A stretch of DNA of 64,000 bases, taken from assembly GCA_000708835.1 (NCBI GenBank), contig DF237123.1, positions 1 through 64,000 of the forward strand. Direction: 5' to 3'. Within the stretch, counting starts at the first letter, position 1; every line of letters begins with the position of its first letter. The translations under genes and the position numbers were made by a program. Below are positions 46,501 to 57,344 of this stretch, one piece after another. The notes beneath the pieces were generated by a model. The model ran no database searches, was not told where the DNA came from, and saw nothing but the letters and a program-made list of their open reading frames with translations. Origin of the DNA: Klebsormidium nitens. Lineage: Eukaryota; Plantae; Klebsormidiophyceae.

Positions 46501-48612
46501 AGAAGACGACGAAGATACCTGGGGAGGGGGAGCCACAGGATCGGGGATTGGGAGCAGAGCGGAACGGAATGCGGAGTGGGGTGGCGGAACGGAAGCTGGG
46601 AACGGTACGGAACGGGCGGACGGGACGGAATCGGCGCACGGAATGGCGGCGGCGGAGAACGGAACGGATTGGGAGAGAAGGCCCAATTGGGGCGAGGATC
46701 TGGATGCGAACGGACTTGACGCGGACGGATTGGGACAGGGCGGCACGAGAGAGGGCGGACCTGGAGCGGACGGAAGCGGAGCGAGCGGAACCGGGGCAGC
46801 GGAACAGGAGGCCGTTGTGCGGTTGCTGCGGGAGAGGCTGCCGCACTATAAGCCGCTGGATATGCTGATGCGAGAGGGCGGGTTTGACAATGAACCAATC
46901 TTCATTGATTACAGGTGAGTGATTACCGGATTGACGAATCATCCGGCTGTGCTTCTGTTCGAAGCACTCGGCAAATGCAGACACCTTGCTTTCTGACCGA
47001 CTCTTTCTAAAAGCAAAGCTCGATCACTTTTGTGGGAAGCGCTCTTCTTCGGCAAAGCACGTCCGCCCTTCATCACAAGTAGGTTTTCTGCACTCTCCTG
47101 GGTGTGTTTCTCCGGATCTCTATATGCACTTCATTCCGTCCGTTTTCAGAAACCAATTCGCCGACATACCTGCGGGAGGCGGCGGCACCTCCCGTAGCTA
47201 CGGCGGCAAGAAGTCCAGCAGCGGACGCCGCCCTGCGAAGCCTGCGGGGCCCGTTCACACCGGCGGTTCACAGGAGAAGGGCCACTGGACAACCATCGGC
47301 GGCAAGAAGGTGGGAATACCCTCACTCCCGCAGACACTGTCATCAATCGAGGCCCTCGGTTTGCTGGATCCCTCTGACAAAGAGCGTCGGAAACGAGACA
47401 GTCTGCTTGAAAGAGTGGGGGACTGGTCATATCACCGGAGGCGCTTCCAGTTACATTCAGGCGCTGTTGGGAGTAAACGTTAGGGGTGCTAGGTTTATGA
47501 CATTGACTATGGTGCTCTAAGGCCAACTTGATAATGTGATTGCCGCATGTGGGGATAAGCGACAGTTCATGCAAGAGGGTTTCAGTAGCGCGCCACGTGA
47601 CTCAGTGGATATGTCGGTTGCGCCTCTTCTGCTGTCCGGTAGTTGTCGAGAGAGTGCAAACACTTCCTCCTGAACTAGCGGACATATGATTTCAGTGGTC
47701 CTTGTCTGTCTAAGGTCGATCGTTTTGATCAACGTCCTGCCTTCCGGAGCGCTTACGCAGCGAAGCTGCATTTGGAAGCGTGCAATGCTCTCGAAATCCG
47801 GAACGTGTTTCTGAAGTTCGATTGAGGGCCAGAACACTGTTATCGGCGACCACCAGAGTATGTATCCGGTGTTTTGGTCGCCATTATGAAAGCCGCTCAT
47901 AACGCCGTTTTCTGTGTCGCCAGGTGTACGTCAACAAGACGGGAAAGACGCTCGAAGGTCGCGCCGCGTACCGGAGCCATCTGAAGGTGAGATTTTCTGG
48001 TTGAATCTCTTGTAAGAATCCGCTAAAAATCTGCGATGGTTCTTTGTTGGGATGTATTGGAACACTGGTATCGCGGTACTAGCCGCGAGTGAAATGTAGA
48101 AGAAATCGTGACCGCTTATTGAGAGCTGGCCAAAGGTTCGGCGTAAATTGACTCTGTCGTGCCTGACATTGGGTTTAGTGTCGGCTCTCTGTTCGAGAGG
48201 CCGGCTGATTCGCACGCTGTTGTTGTGACTAGATAGGCCTCACATGACTTGACTTTGTGTCATTGTTTTCTCACTCCCGCTTCGCTTAACCCTTGTGCAT
48301 ACATTGGGTGAACTCTGTTATTTAAAAGCCCGTCGAGTGCGCACTTCATCGAGATTCCGTCACTGACATCTGAGATCTGGCTTTTCATGGCTCGCATGAG
48401 AGTCTTATGGACTTCAATCCGCCTTAGTCTGCATCAGAGACCGTCCTCTCCGGTTGCTGCTGCTACCAAAAGGCTTTTTGAACGCTTGTCTTTTCGTCAC
48501 CTCCTTGAAGCGTGCATAGTAAATTGGTCTGTTGCTCCTGCAGGATAGCGGTGCCCAACCCAAAAAGAAGAGGAAAAAGGCTCGACGAAAAGGAGCTAGC
48601 AAGAAGCGGTAA
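43561..48612 (+). CDS. Large mostly disordered protein with conserved-looking C-terminal block; exons 43561-44992, 45459-46914, 47150-47309, 47924-47986, 48544-48612
   Basis: Two long ORFs joined in phase by GT-AG introns. C-terminus LLRERLPHYKP..EPIFIDYRNQF..GHWTTIGGKKVYVNKTGKTLEGRAAY, then a basic NLS-like end PKKKRKKARRK. The start codon is uncertain. Confidence 0.75.
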
Positions 48613-50089
48613 CAGGTTGAAGTTCTTATCCTCGTAACCTGTTCTGCTGGCCCGTCCACTGCGTAAACATACTGAAGGTCGATCTGAAAGAAACGGCCAG
48701 CGAGCACCGAGCGGTAACGAGTTGAAGTTATGCTTAGTTGCGTTGCTGAAAGATGCTGTAGTTACTGCAATCGCTGGCCCCTTGTCAGTGTAACCATCTG
48801 ATTCATGTATTGAGGTCTGCCTCGCACAGGGCTGCCAGGCGAATCTTTCCGTTATTGGCACTTCCTTTATGAATGGTAGCAACTTAATTGCCACTCAGGA
48901 TATGTGCAACAGAGCCTTCAGAGCAGGTTCTTCTTGCGCTGTGATCGAGTGTAGTGTGAACAATCCGGCCCGAGTGCGTGCGGTGCCGTTATTTGCGTGC
49001 TTGTGAAACACACGATTATTCAAGGGTGCTCAGCGATAGTTGATGCTTGTGCGGGATATATCTGTACACATTCAGTATACCAAGCGATGTCGCGCTACAT
49101 GCATGCAATTGCACAAGCTCCCATGCCTACATTTCCAGCTAGGCACACACATGTGCAGTGCGCAGGCGCACATGACATACCAAATGAGTCAGCAGAGGTA
49201 TCCAGTCATTCACTTCTCATCGCATGTGTAAGGAGCTCCTTAAAAATGCATCAAATGGGCAGAGCGCGCGCAACGTACGAAGGCCAAAATCGTGTATGGG
49301 GCGGTGCGAGGCCTAGCTTGTTTCATCTTGGAACCTCGTCAGACTCAAACGCGGATGTCGCTCCTTGCAGCCAGCTTTTACACTTGTGCATATAGATGCC
49401 GACGCCGCTCCTTATTTGGTCCTAAAGTCTTAATCTCGTATGCTGTACGCCTTGACGTTGTCATGCACGTCGCGCATCGAAGTTCTGCAACCGGATGCAA
49501 AGAAACATTGTATGTACGGTGCTCAATCAAGCAGGTGGCTCCGTCAACTGCACTAGTGGCCCTGACGCGGCGTGTAGATTATGGTCATGCTTACAGATTT
49601 CGTGCCTTCTTGAAATTCCGTATGTACGTCTGTGCACCTGTCCATACCGACTGACTGGATGACCGAAATGCATAAGAGCCCGCCAATCATCTCTTCGTAT
49701 TGCTCAGGTCTATGTACAAAAGTAGGGAAGAAAATGGTAAGAAAATGGCAGAAGACAGAAGGCAGAAGGCATGCTCCGTATCGAAGCTTGCACCGCACTG
49801 CTCAAAGTTAGGCTTCAGGATGAGAGCGATGCTCTGGGAGAACACTAGACTGAGCGGCACGGCTCGGGAGAATGTTGTCCGCCAATAGAACAGACGAATA
49901 GTCGGGGCCCTCGCAGCAGAGATGCCATCCTCCTTTCTGCAAAATATGCCTGGTACGCTTCACCATCCATAAAAGGTTTCTACATCGAGGCTAAGAGCAT
50001 CCTACATTTCTTTTACGGAAGACCGTGAGACCAACTCATAAGTAAGAGAATTCAAACCAGGAGCGGCTGTTAAGCTCACCTGGAACCTC

Positions 50090-51782
50090 CTACTCTTCCA
50101 CCTCTGCGCCGAGAAGCTCGCAGAACGTGTTGCACGCGTTCTTGTGCGTTGGCCAATGCAGCTTCTGGTGCTCCTTGCTGGGATGGCAAGGCATGCGAAG
50201 CGGAATTAGTCAAGTCGCCGTTTCTGCAGAGCTCTCCTCTCGCGAAATATCTTACTTGTTTGCATCTTGTTCCAGATCCTCGGGTGGCAGTGCCATATGA
50301 ATTGAACGGTTGAAAAAATCGAAACAATCCAACCCACCAGAACAAAAGAGAGTCGAGCCAAAAACTGCGGTTTTCGATACCCCTTACTAATGGTCAAGGG
50401 CGGGGCAGCTGACATACAAACGGCGCGTGATGTACTCTTGGGCAGCCAAATGCAAACCTTCCTATCCGAAGTTCAATATTTTACATGACGAGAATGATCT
50501 GATCAATCTACAGTAATACGTATCCTCTTCCCAACATTTCCCTAGAAAATCTATCTGAAACTGCATTGAAGAGTCCGTCCTCTCACCAGCAATAGTAAGC
50601 AGACTTGCAGGCCCCGCACTTCTTCAGATCCTTGTAAGGGAATTGCAGCATGAGGTCGGGGTTGCACTGAGACCAGGAGCAGAGCGTTTGAAACCCCATG
50701 GCGCATTTCGCTAGGGCCCGTAAGTTTTGGAGATACTGGGAAATGTGTGGAGGCCACTCTGCGCGCGGGTTTGACAGCAGCTGCTTCAGAATGCTCCACA
50801 AACCTGGACATGGAGTCGCGAGCTGAAACTTCCCCGAGACTGGCGAAAGCACTCTAGCGCCTCCCCTTTTCTGCAACATTGATCGCGTGACTCTGTCGTC
50901 TAACAAGACGAGAAGCGCGTGCGTGCATCCTACTCTGGCAGTCACGTTCACATCCACGCTCGCAGCTTTCGAAAGCACCTTGACGATAAGCTCGCAAAAC
51001 TCTAGCTTCTCAATCATCCAGATGCGGCTATCTTTGCACGATTCGGCCGTTGCCATCACTCCCAGTAAAGTGCCAACGGCGTTTGCCGGGTTGTCCTCTC
51101 CAAGCACAGGCTCAAGCGGACTCATGCGCGTTGCTTCAAGTGAAAGCATTCGCTGGATGCTTGTGAGGACTTGCATATCGCTTCGAAGCAAAGCACGGAA
51201 CTTCTTTGATGCCCTGCTGAGGCCACAGAGTGCCCTAAGCGCCAGGCAATTGAGAGGCCTAGCTGCAGCAGGATTGTCTGCGAAGAGCGTTGTGCAGTGA
51301 AGGCAGGCGACCAAGCGTGCAAAGATCCTTTCTTCTGATCCCAGCCTGAGAATGATCTGAGCCATCCTTCGGGAATCAACCATCAGCGCTATCACTACGA
51401 CGGACCAGAGCTCTAGGCCAGCCAATCTGCTGAATTCATGGGGGTCTAGAAGATTCTCGAGACTGATATCTTTTCGTTTCAAGAAGTCTTCGTCCCTGCC
51501 TGAAAGCATCTGCTTGAGGAGCTTGATTAAGACCGCTCCATTCTCCTGAAGAGCCGCCTCCTGCATCTCACGAGTCATCTGCACTATAGCTCTAGAGTTG
51601 ATTCCAGCGAGGCCGGTGGTTGCCAGGTCGCACATGAAAACCTCTTTGAATACTGTAAAGCCTTCCATGACAGCTATGGGATCGTCCTTCTTCAAGCGCT
51701 GAGCAATTTCTTTCGCCAACGACTGCATGTCTTCCACGCTGGCCTTCTTAAAGAACTCTTCCGTCATGGCTGGCCCCGCCAT
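50090..51782 (-). CDS. MYND zinc-finger protein with helical/ARM-like N-terminal region (exons 51782-50587, 50177-50090; 427 aa)
   Basis: Splicing gives CSWSQC...KKCGACKSAYYCCKEHQKLHWPTHKNAC, the MYND pattern. Confidence 0.85.
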
Positions 51783-52581
51783 CCTGTTCGGCAAGAAGCC
51801 TGCCGATTCCTTATCTTGGCCTTGGTCTCTTTTCAGATTGAGCCTTTGACCAAGCGCATGGCATCCTGATCTCTCAGAAACTCCTTCTGAGCTGTTCTCT
51901 TGCCTGTCCCTTGCGCGCCTCGAAAATTAAACATCGTGCTCTGATTCTTAAGCTACTTCAGGGCGCAGCGTTCCTTCTCTTCCTTCCCAATCATGCTCTT
52001 CTGTTATCTCTTCTGTGACCTTGGCTTGGAAGGAAGTGGATGATCTCCGACCTTAGCGGTCATTCTTAACCAGGAGACCGGATGGCGCGAAGTTCTTATC
52101 GTCCTTGATTGTGTAGTCTTACAGACTGCTACCGGGCAACTCACAAACTGTGACATGCATGGAACAACCGGGTAGTCATCACACATCATCTTCAATCACC
52201 TTCGACGGTCGATAGAGCATTCGAGCTCATCGTACGGTCCACTTCGACGTTTTCCCCTTGCTTAGGTAAATCAACCCTTGACTGCTGCGCAACCTACAGG
52301 ATCCAAGTAGACATCTTCCAGAGTGTTCTGCCTGTTTCAGCCTTGATTAGAAGTGCGCGCTTCCGCCGCCATTCTGTCTGGAGTGGTCTGCCCAAACTCC
52401 ATCCTGGACCTTGGACGAGAACAGCGCGCTATCTGATTCAAAGGGTGGAGCTTTCAGTAGGTCCCTTCTGAGCTTTGCGCATGAGTCGCCCTTGTGCTGT
52501 AAGGCTAACCTCTGCTCTGGTCTAAAAGGTCTCTACCGCTGTCTTCGACGCCACGATAGCACGAAGCATACATGCTTTTCC

Positions 52582-53748
52582 ATGATGGAGGTAGTCAGCT
52601 TGGAATCAAGTTTGGCCCTTGCGCCTCCAGAAGTCTTAGATATTGCAGAGAAGGTGCGCAAAGCCTGCCCGAAGAGCTTTCAGGCGCTCGAAAATACAAG
52701 CAGAGCTTTCCGGGGCTCTGCAAGAAGGTGCACCAAGTCTCTGGTTGTGAAACCCTCAAGCGAGGCTGGAAGGCAGACAGCGCTAGAACTAGAGGAAGAA
52801 AGCAGGAACACCTTTGCGCATCCCTGTGCGCAACTCTTGGAGGAAATCAGGAAGCGACCGGGCCTCGTTAAGCTGGTCATGATGGAGCCAAGTAACTTTG
52901 AGTGGCGCCCAAGGCCTTCGATCTTGGCAGCCCTGAGCATCACTCCTTGGATGAAGTGCAAGGTCATCGGAGACAAGAAGACCCTCCACGAGCCGAATGA
53001 CATTACGGGAGAGTACGCACTAGCTCCCTGGAAGGGATCCTATGGCGAGCGTGCGCTGAGCAACTCAAAAGCAACCCTCAGAAAGCTGAGTTTGACCAGC
53101 TTTGATTTTGATGTCACTGAGTCGAAGCTTTCAGAAACGATCCAAGGGTTCCCATTCCTTACTTCTTTGAAACTTGGAGGCTACGGACTGATAGGCAGCT
53201 CATTGGCGCACGAAAATCTGGTGAAGCTGGAAGTTTCTGATCTTTCGACCGGCCCGTCCGCTGTGGAACTGGTTCAGCTAATCTCCAGCACATCCGCTGT
53301 TCCTCCAAATTTAGTCTGGAGGCTGCCTAAACTGCGAAGCCTGAGGGCGCCAGCTTGTTGCTCTATGAGCGAAGCAAGCTACGAAATCCTACTGCTGAGT
53401 TCACTCTCCGCCTGCCGTTCCTTACCTTTGAATCTTCAGAATCTTGAGCTCATTTTGCAGTTATCTGTGCGAATCAGGGGTTGGCTTGGGCCCTCCGTTG
53501 ATCGGTTCTTTGTTCACATGCTGGAGATCTCTGATTGCCCTCTGCTTCGGTCCATCTGCGTGCGCATGGGCGAGTCAGAGAGAGCCTCAGAGATGAGCGC
53601 GGAACGGGTCCAACTTCTGTTTGCTGCGGAAGTCGCGCGGATGTTCACTGTGTCTCCTCAACTCGAGGAGGTAAGGTTTGAACGGAGCAACGGCGAAGAG
53701 ATGGTAAAATGGGAGCGGACACCCCGGGTCCTGGGAGCCGGAGTGTAG
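52582..53748 (+). CDS. F-box-like / LRR (RNI-like) protein, single coding exon
   Basis: N-terminal LAPPEVLDIAEKV...LENTSRAFR F-box-like motif; LRKLSL, LTSLKL, LVKLEV, LPKLRSLRA and LQNLEL LRR-like units. Confidence 0.6.
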   Translation: MMEVVSLESSLALAPPEVLDIAEKVRKACPKSFQALENTSRAFRGSARRCTKSLVVKPSSEAGRQTALELEEESRNTFAHPCAQLLEEIRKRPGLVKLVMMEPSNFEWRPRPSILAALSITPWMKCKVIGDKKTLHEPNDITGEYALAPWKGSYGERALSNSKATLRKLSLTSFDFDVTESKLSETIQGFPFLTSLKLGGYGLIGSSLAHENLVKLEVSDLSTGPSAVELVQLISSTSAVPPNLVWRLPKLRSLRAPACCSMSEASYEILLLSSLSACRSLPLNLQNLELILQLSVRIRGWLGPSVDRFFVHMLEISDCPLLRSICVRMGESERASEMSAERVQLLFAAEVARMFTVSPQLEEVRFERSNGEEMVKWERTPRVLGAGV

Positions 53749-55197
53749 AAGCCAACGGAGCTTGGGATTGTAGAAAGGCTGTAAGATGATAGGATACAGC
53801 AGGACGGAAGCCTGACGTTTCAAGTCATGGTTTAGTTTTAGTACGTCGGACCAAAAGCACTTCAAACTTTTTCTGGAGAGCTTGGTGTGAAGTTTAGTTG
53901 CTGCACATTGTCGAACCGAGACGTACCAAGATGGATCTATGAAGGCAGAGTGGACGTAAACAAAGATACCTGTTAGGTATTGATACCGTGCATCTTGTAC
54001 AAACCGAGAAACATTCAAGTTCTATACAGATAAAGTTTAGAAGGGGTAATATTCTCCAACTGCTTCGCTTTCAGTATACTGTCCATGAACATGTAAGTTG
54101 ATCAGGCTGGCGTCACGCTTATACGTAGTCGGCTTCTTCAATCTGATAAGTACCGGGTACGGACAGGCTGATGGTGGCCAAAGAATCAAGTTTCATGGTT
54201 TCGAATCAGCATATGAATGCGGACGTTAAGAGCTTGCAGCAATTATGAGGCTTCCTATAAGATCTTTATGTACAAGTAAGTTGCATTCTTCGCAGATTTG
54301 AGGTTTTGGACGTTCGCAGTAACGCACTACATGGCATTCCATCAGAACTTTCTTTTTACTCGCGGCCTCGTCCACAGCATGTTTTCCACCGAATCTGGCT
54401 GAAACCAATAGATCTCGTATTCAACATTTGGGATTCTGGACTATCGTAAGAACACATTACCTCGACTGCAGCTTGCAAGCATGCAACGCAGAAGCTAGGA
54501 CTAGGTTCTGAGCGGACCTTGCTACGAATCCAAAATGCCAAAATTTGGATTCTCAGTCAACCTGCGCATGCACTTCCATTCATGGATCACGTTGTTGCTC
54601 CAAAGCTGATCTGCCAAGTTTGTTTTGACCTTTGGTTTTGCGGTTCGATCGAGTTAGCAAACATCTGACTCGAAACCTCACAAAATGCATGCATAAGTCA
54701 GTCCGGGTCATTGAACCGGTCGCATCAATCGTCGACTTCGACGGCTCCGATAACAGCCTCGAGTCCATCGTACGCTCTACCTCGACGCTACCCGATAACC
54801 CCCTCGCTTACCAATCCCTTGACGTTGCAGATTCATCCTACTTGCTGTGCAATTGTGTCTCGTGCGTCATACTTGACATTCCACTACCCATCATCATTGA
54901 TTTGAGATTTTGCCTCGTCACCGCAATGCCAGACTGCAGTAGTCCTTTAAGCTGGAACCTTATTCATTGAAATCTTTCGCTCCCACCTCCATGCTGGCTG
55001 AAGGCGGAATGCTTGCCCACGCAGCTACAGGGCGCTAGCTAAAACAGCTTGCGCATCTTGAGGTACTTCGTGCGCCTTTCGCATGAGCGCCCGTGTGCGC
55101 CAATTGTCCGCTCAACACTACTTTCGAACCTTTTTTCTTGGAGCTTCAAGCGCTTGTATCCACGAAGCATAACTTTCTTTTCCTTTCCTTTTTGAAT

Positions 55198-55854
55198 ATG
55201 GAGACAGTCTGCTCCGAACCAGAAATGGCCCTTCCTCCACCGGAGATCCTAGACATCATCACAGAGAAGGTGCGAAAAGACTGCCCGAAGAGCTTTCAGG
55301 CGCTCGAAAGTACCAGCAGAGCGTTCCGGGACTCGGCAAGAAGACTCACTAAGTCTCTGGTTGTGACTCCTTCCAACGAAAGGGAAACAAATACAGAGCC
55401 AGAACCAAAGGAAGGGTGCAGCACGTCCGGGCGTCCTTGTTGGCGACTCCTGGAGGAGTTCAAGAAGCGTCCGGGCCTCTCTAAGCTGGTTGTGATAGAG
55501 CCAAATACCTCGGAGTGGCGGCGCGGGTCTTCGACTTTGAGAGCTCTGTGCAGCATTTCGTGGGTGAAGTGCAAGGGTATTGGCTTCGAGACGCCTCTAG
55601 AAGAGCCGGATGTCCTTATGAGAGACTATTCAAAATCTATGTGGGCGGGATCGTCTCCGTGGGTGGGATCGTACTGCGAGCGCGCGCTGATCAATTCCCA
55701 ATTCAGCCTTCGAAAGCTGACTCTGACCAGCTACGATTTCGATATCTGTGATGAGGAGCAGTTTTTAGAAACGATCCCACGGTATCTTCGCTACGAGTGG
55801 AACGGCAAAGTGCACTCTGTAAGGTGGGGCGAGGAGAGACGTCCTGCCAAATGA
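55198..55854 (+). pseudogene. Truncated tandem paralogue of the F-box-like/LRR gene
   Basis: Clearly similar to the 52582 protein (CPKSFQALE.TSRAFR.SARR.TKSLVV; YCERALINSQFSLRKLTLTSYDFD) up to ETIP, then unrelated sequence and a stop. Confidence 0.65.
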
Positions 55855-57344
55855 AGTGTAAGTGTCAGGAAGACTTTGGGTTCGCAACAATGCAAAAGCC
55901 TTGGGAACTTCGATGTTGCGCAGGAGGGATGACTTCTCAAGTCACGCTAGCACTAGCTCAGTACATGCAAAAGTTCAACAGTTTCTCTACTTAGAACGAT
56001 TTGGTGTAAAAATGAATGCTCTAAGGAGTAAATGTGAGACATACCAATCTGTCAAGCCAGAGCGAAGGAAGCAGATATGACTTTCACGGGTCCTGGTGTG
56101 CATCTTGTGGAAGCCGAGAAAGACTGGGCGTTCCAACCTCTTTGCACTTAGTTCTCAGGTGTAATGATCCGGCCAACAGTTTCGCGCTATCTAGGAATAC
56201 AATCACGGCTTGTATGTCACGTGATCGACAGATGTGTGTAGATACTTGAGTACAAGACCCGGACATGGTGCTTGAGACTAATTTCCAAAGCTCGTCAGAG
56301 AAAATGAGTGCTATAGCTCAAGATGACGCTTTCCGTGAGTCGGGTCTTGGTACAACCGACACGAATGTGTCACAATGTGTTTGCAAATATGCAGGACAAT
56401 TGGAAGACGATTTGCGTCTTTTTATGCAAATCATTTGTCACCTATAATCATGCGAGCTTGCATCATGCATCACCAGCACCATGCATCGATCATGGCCGGG
56501 CATTACCTGCACTTTCGAGTTTGTACATATATTTTTGAGTCAATTGTACTATAATAATGTCAAGAAGGCAACGGGTCCTGCACACTCTCATACGTGGCCG
56601 CGCGAGATGCTCTCTGATCAATATCGTCATTTCAACATTCATTCATACTTCAATCAGAAGGCCGTAGCTTTCGCCATGGACCTAACGGGGGCCGGTACAG
56701 ACATGTCACGAGTTCGATCCCTGAATTCGAGAAGCTACTCTACCACTATACTACCAACGTAGGGTAGTCATGCATCTGCGCCATTCCGATGTACGTGAGC
56801 AGAACGGTCGATCTCTGCGCGTGCAATTTCATACGTCCGTCGGGATGCTTCTGAAGACGCCGCAACACGGCTGTCGCCCGGCCGCGCCGCGTGGCCGGGC
56901 CAGCTTTATGACTTGGAGTACAATACTGTGTTGTTGACTGATCGCTCGTCTGGCATGCTTGCTTGTTCCGCCATGCGGTCATGTTGCTAAGTACATTCAC
57001 ACAGGATGGGTCAACGTATCAAGATTTGTCTGTGCATCTGCTTAAGTCATTGTCCCAATCGTAAGTTGTAATGAACGTGTTAGAGCGCAGTGCATCGTTT
57101 GTCACTCACCAGAGCTCCCCGCCCGCACCCATATGCATGTATGTCCCATCGTATCCAACAGAGAGCAAGGCTGACTTGAGGTAACCGTGCTTGATCACAT
57201 TCTTCGCAGCACATCTTGCTGACCTTGACCTGGCCGGTTATACACAAGAGGCCAAAATCCCTGCGTTGGTTCTCTCTGAACAGGTGTCCTACTATCTTAC
57301 AATGAACAAACTCTGAAACAATCCGTGGAACTTACGGAGTATAA

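Noticed and set aside
45486-46984. Several Pro-rich minus-strand ORFs
   Set aside because: Antisense shadows of the plus-strand Gly-rich exon.
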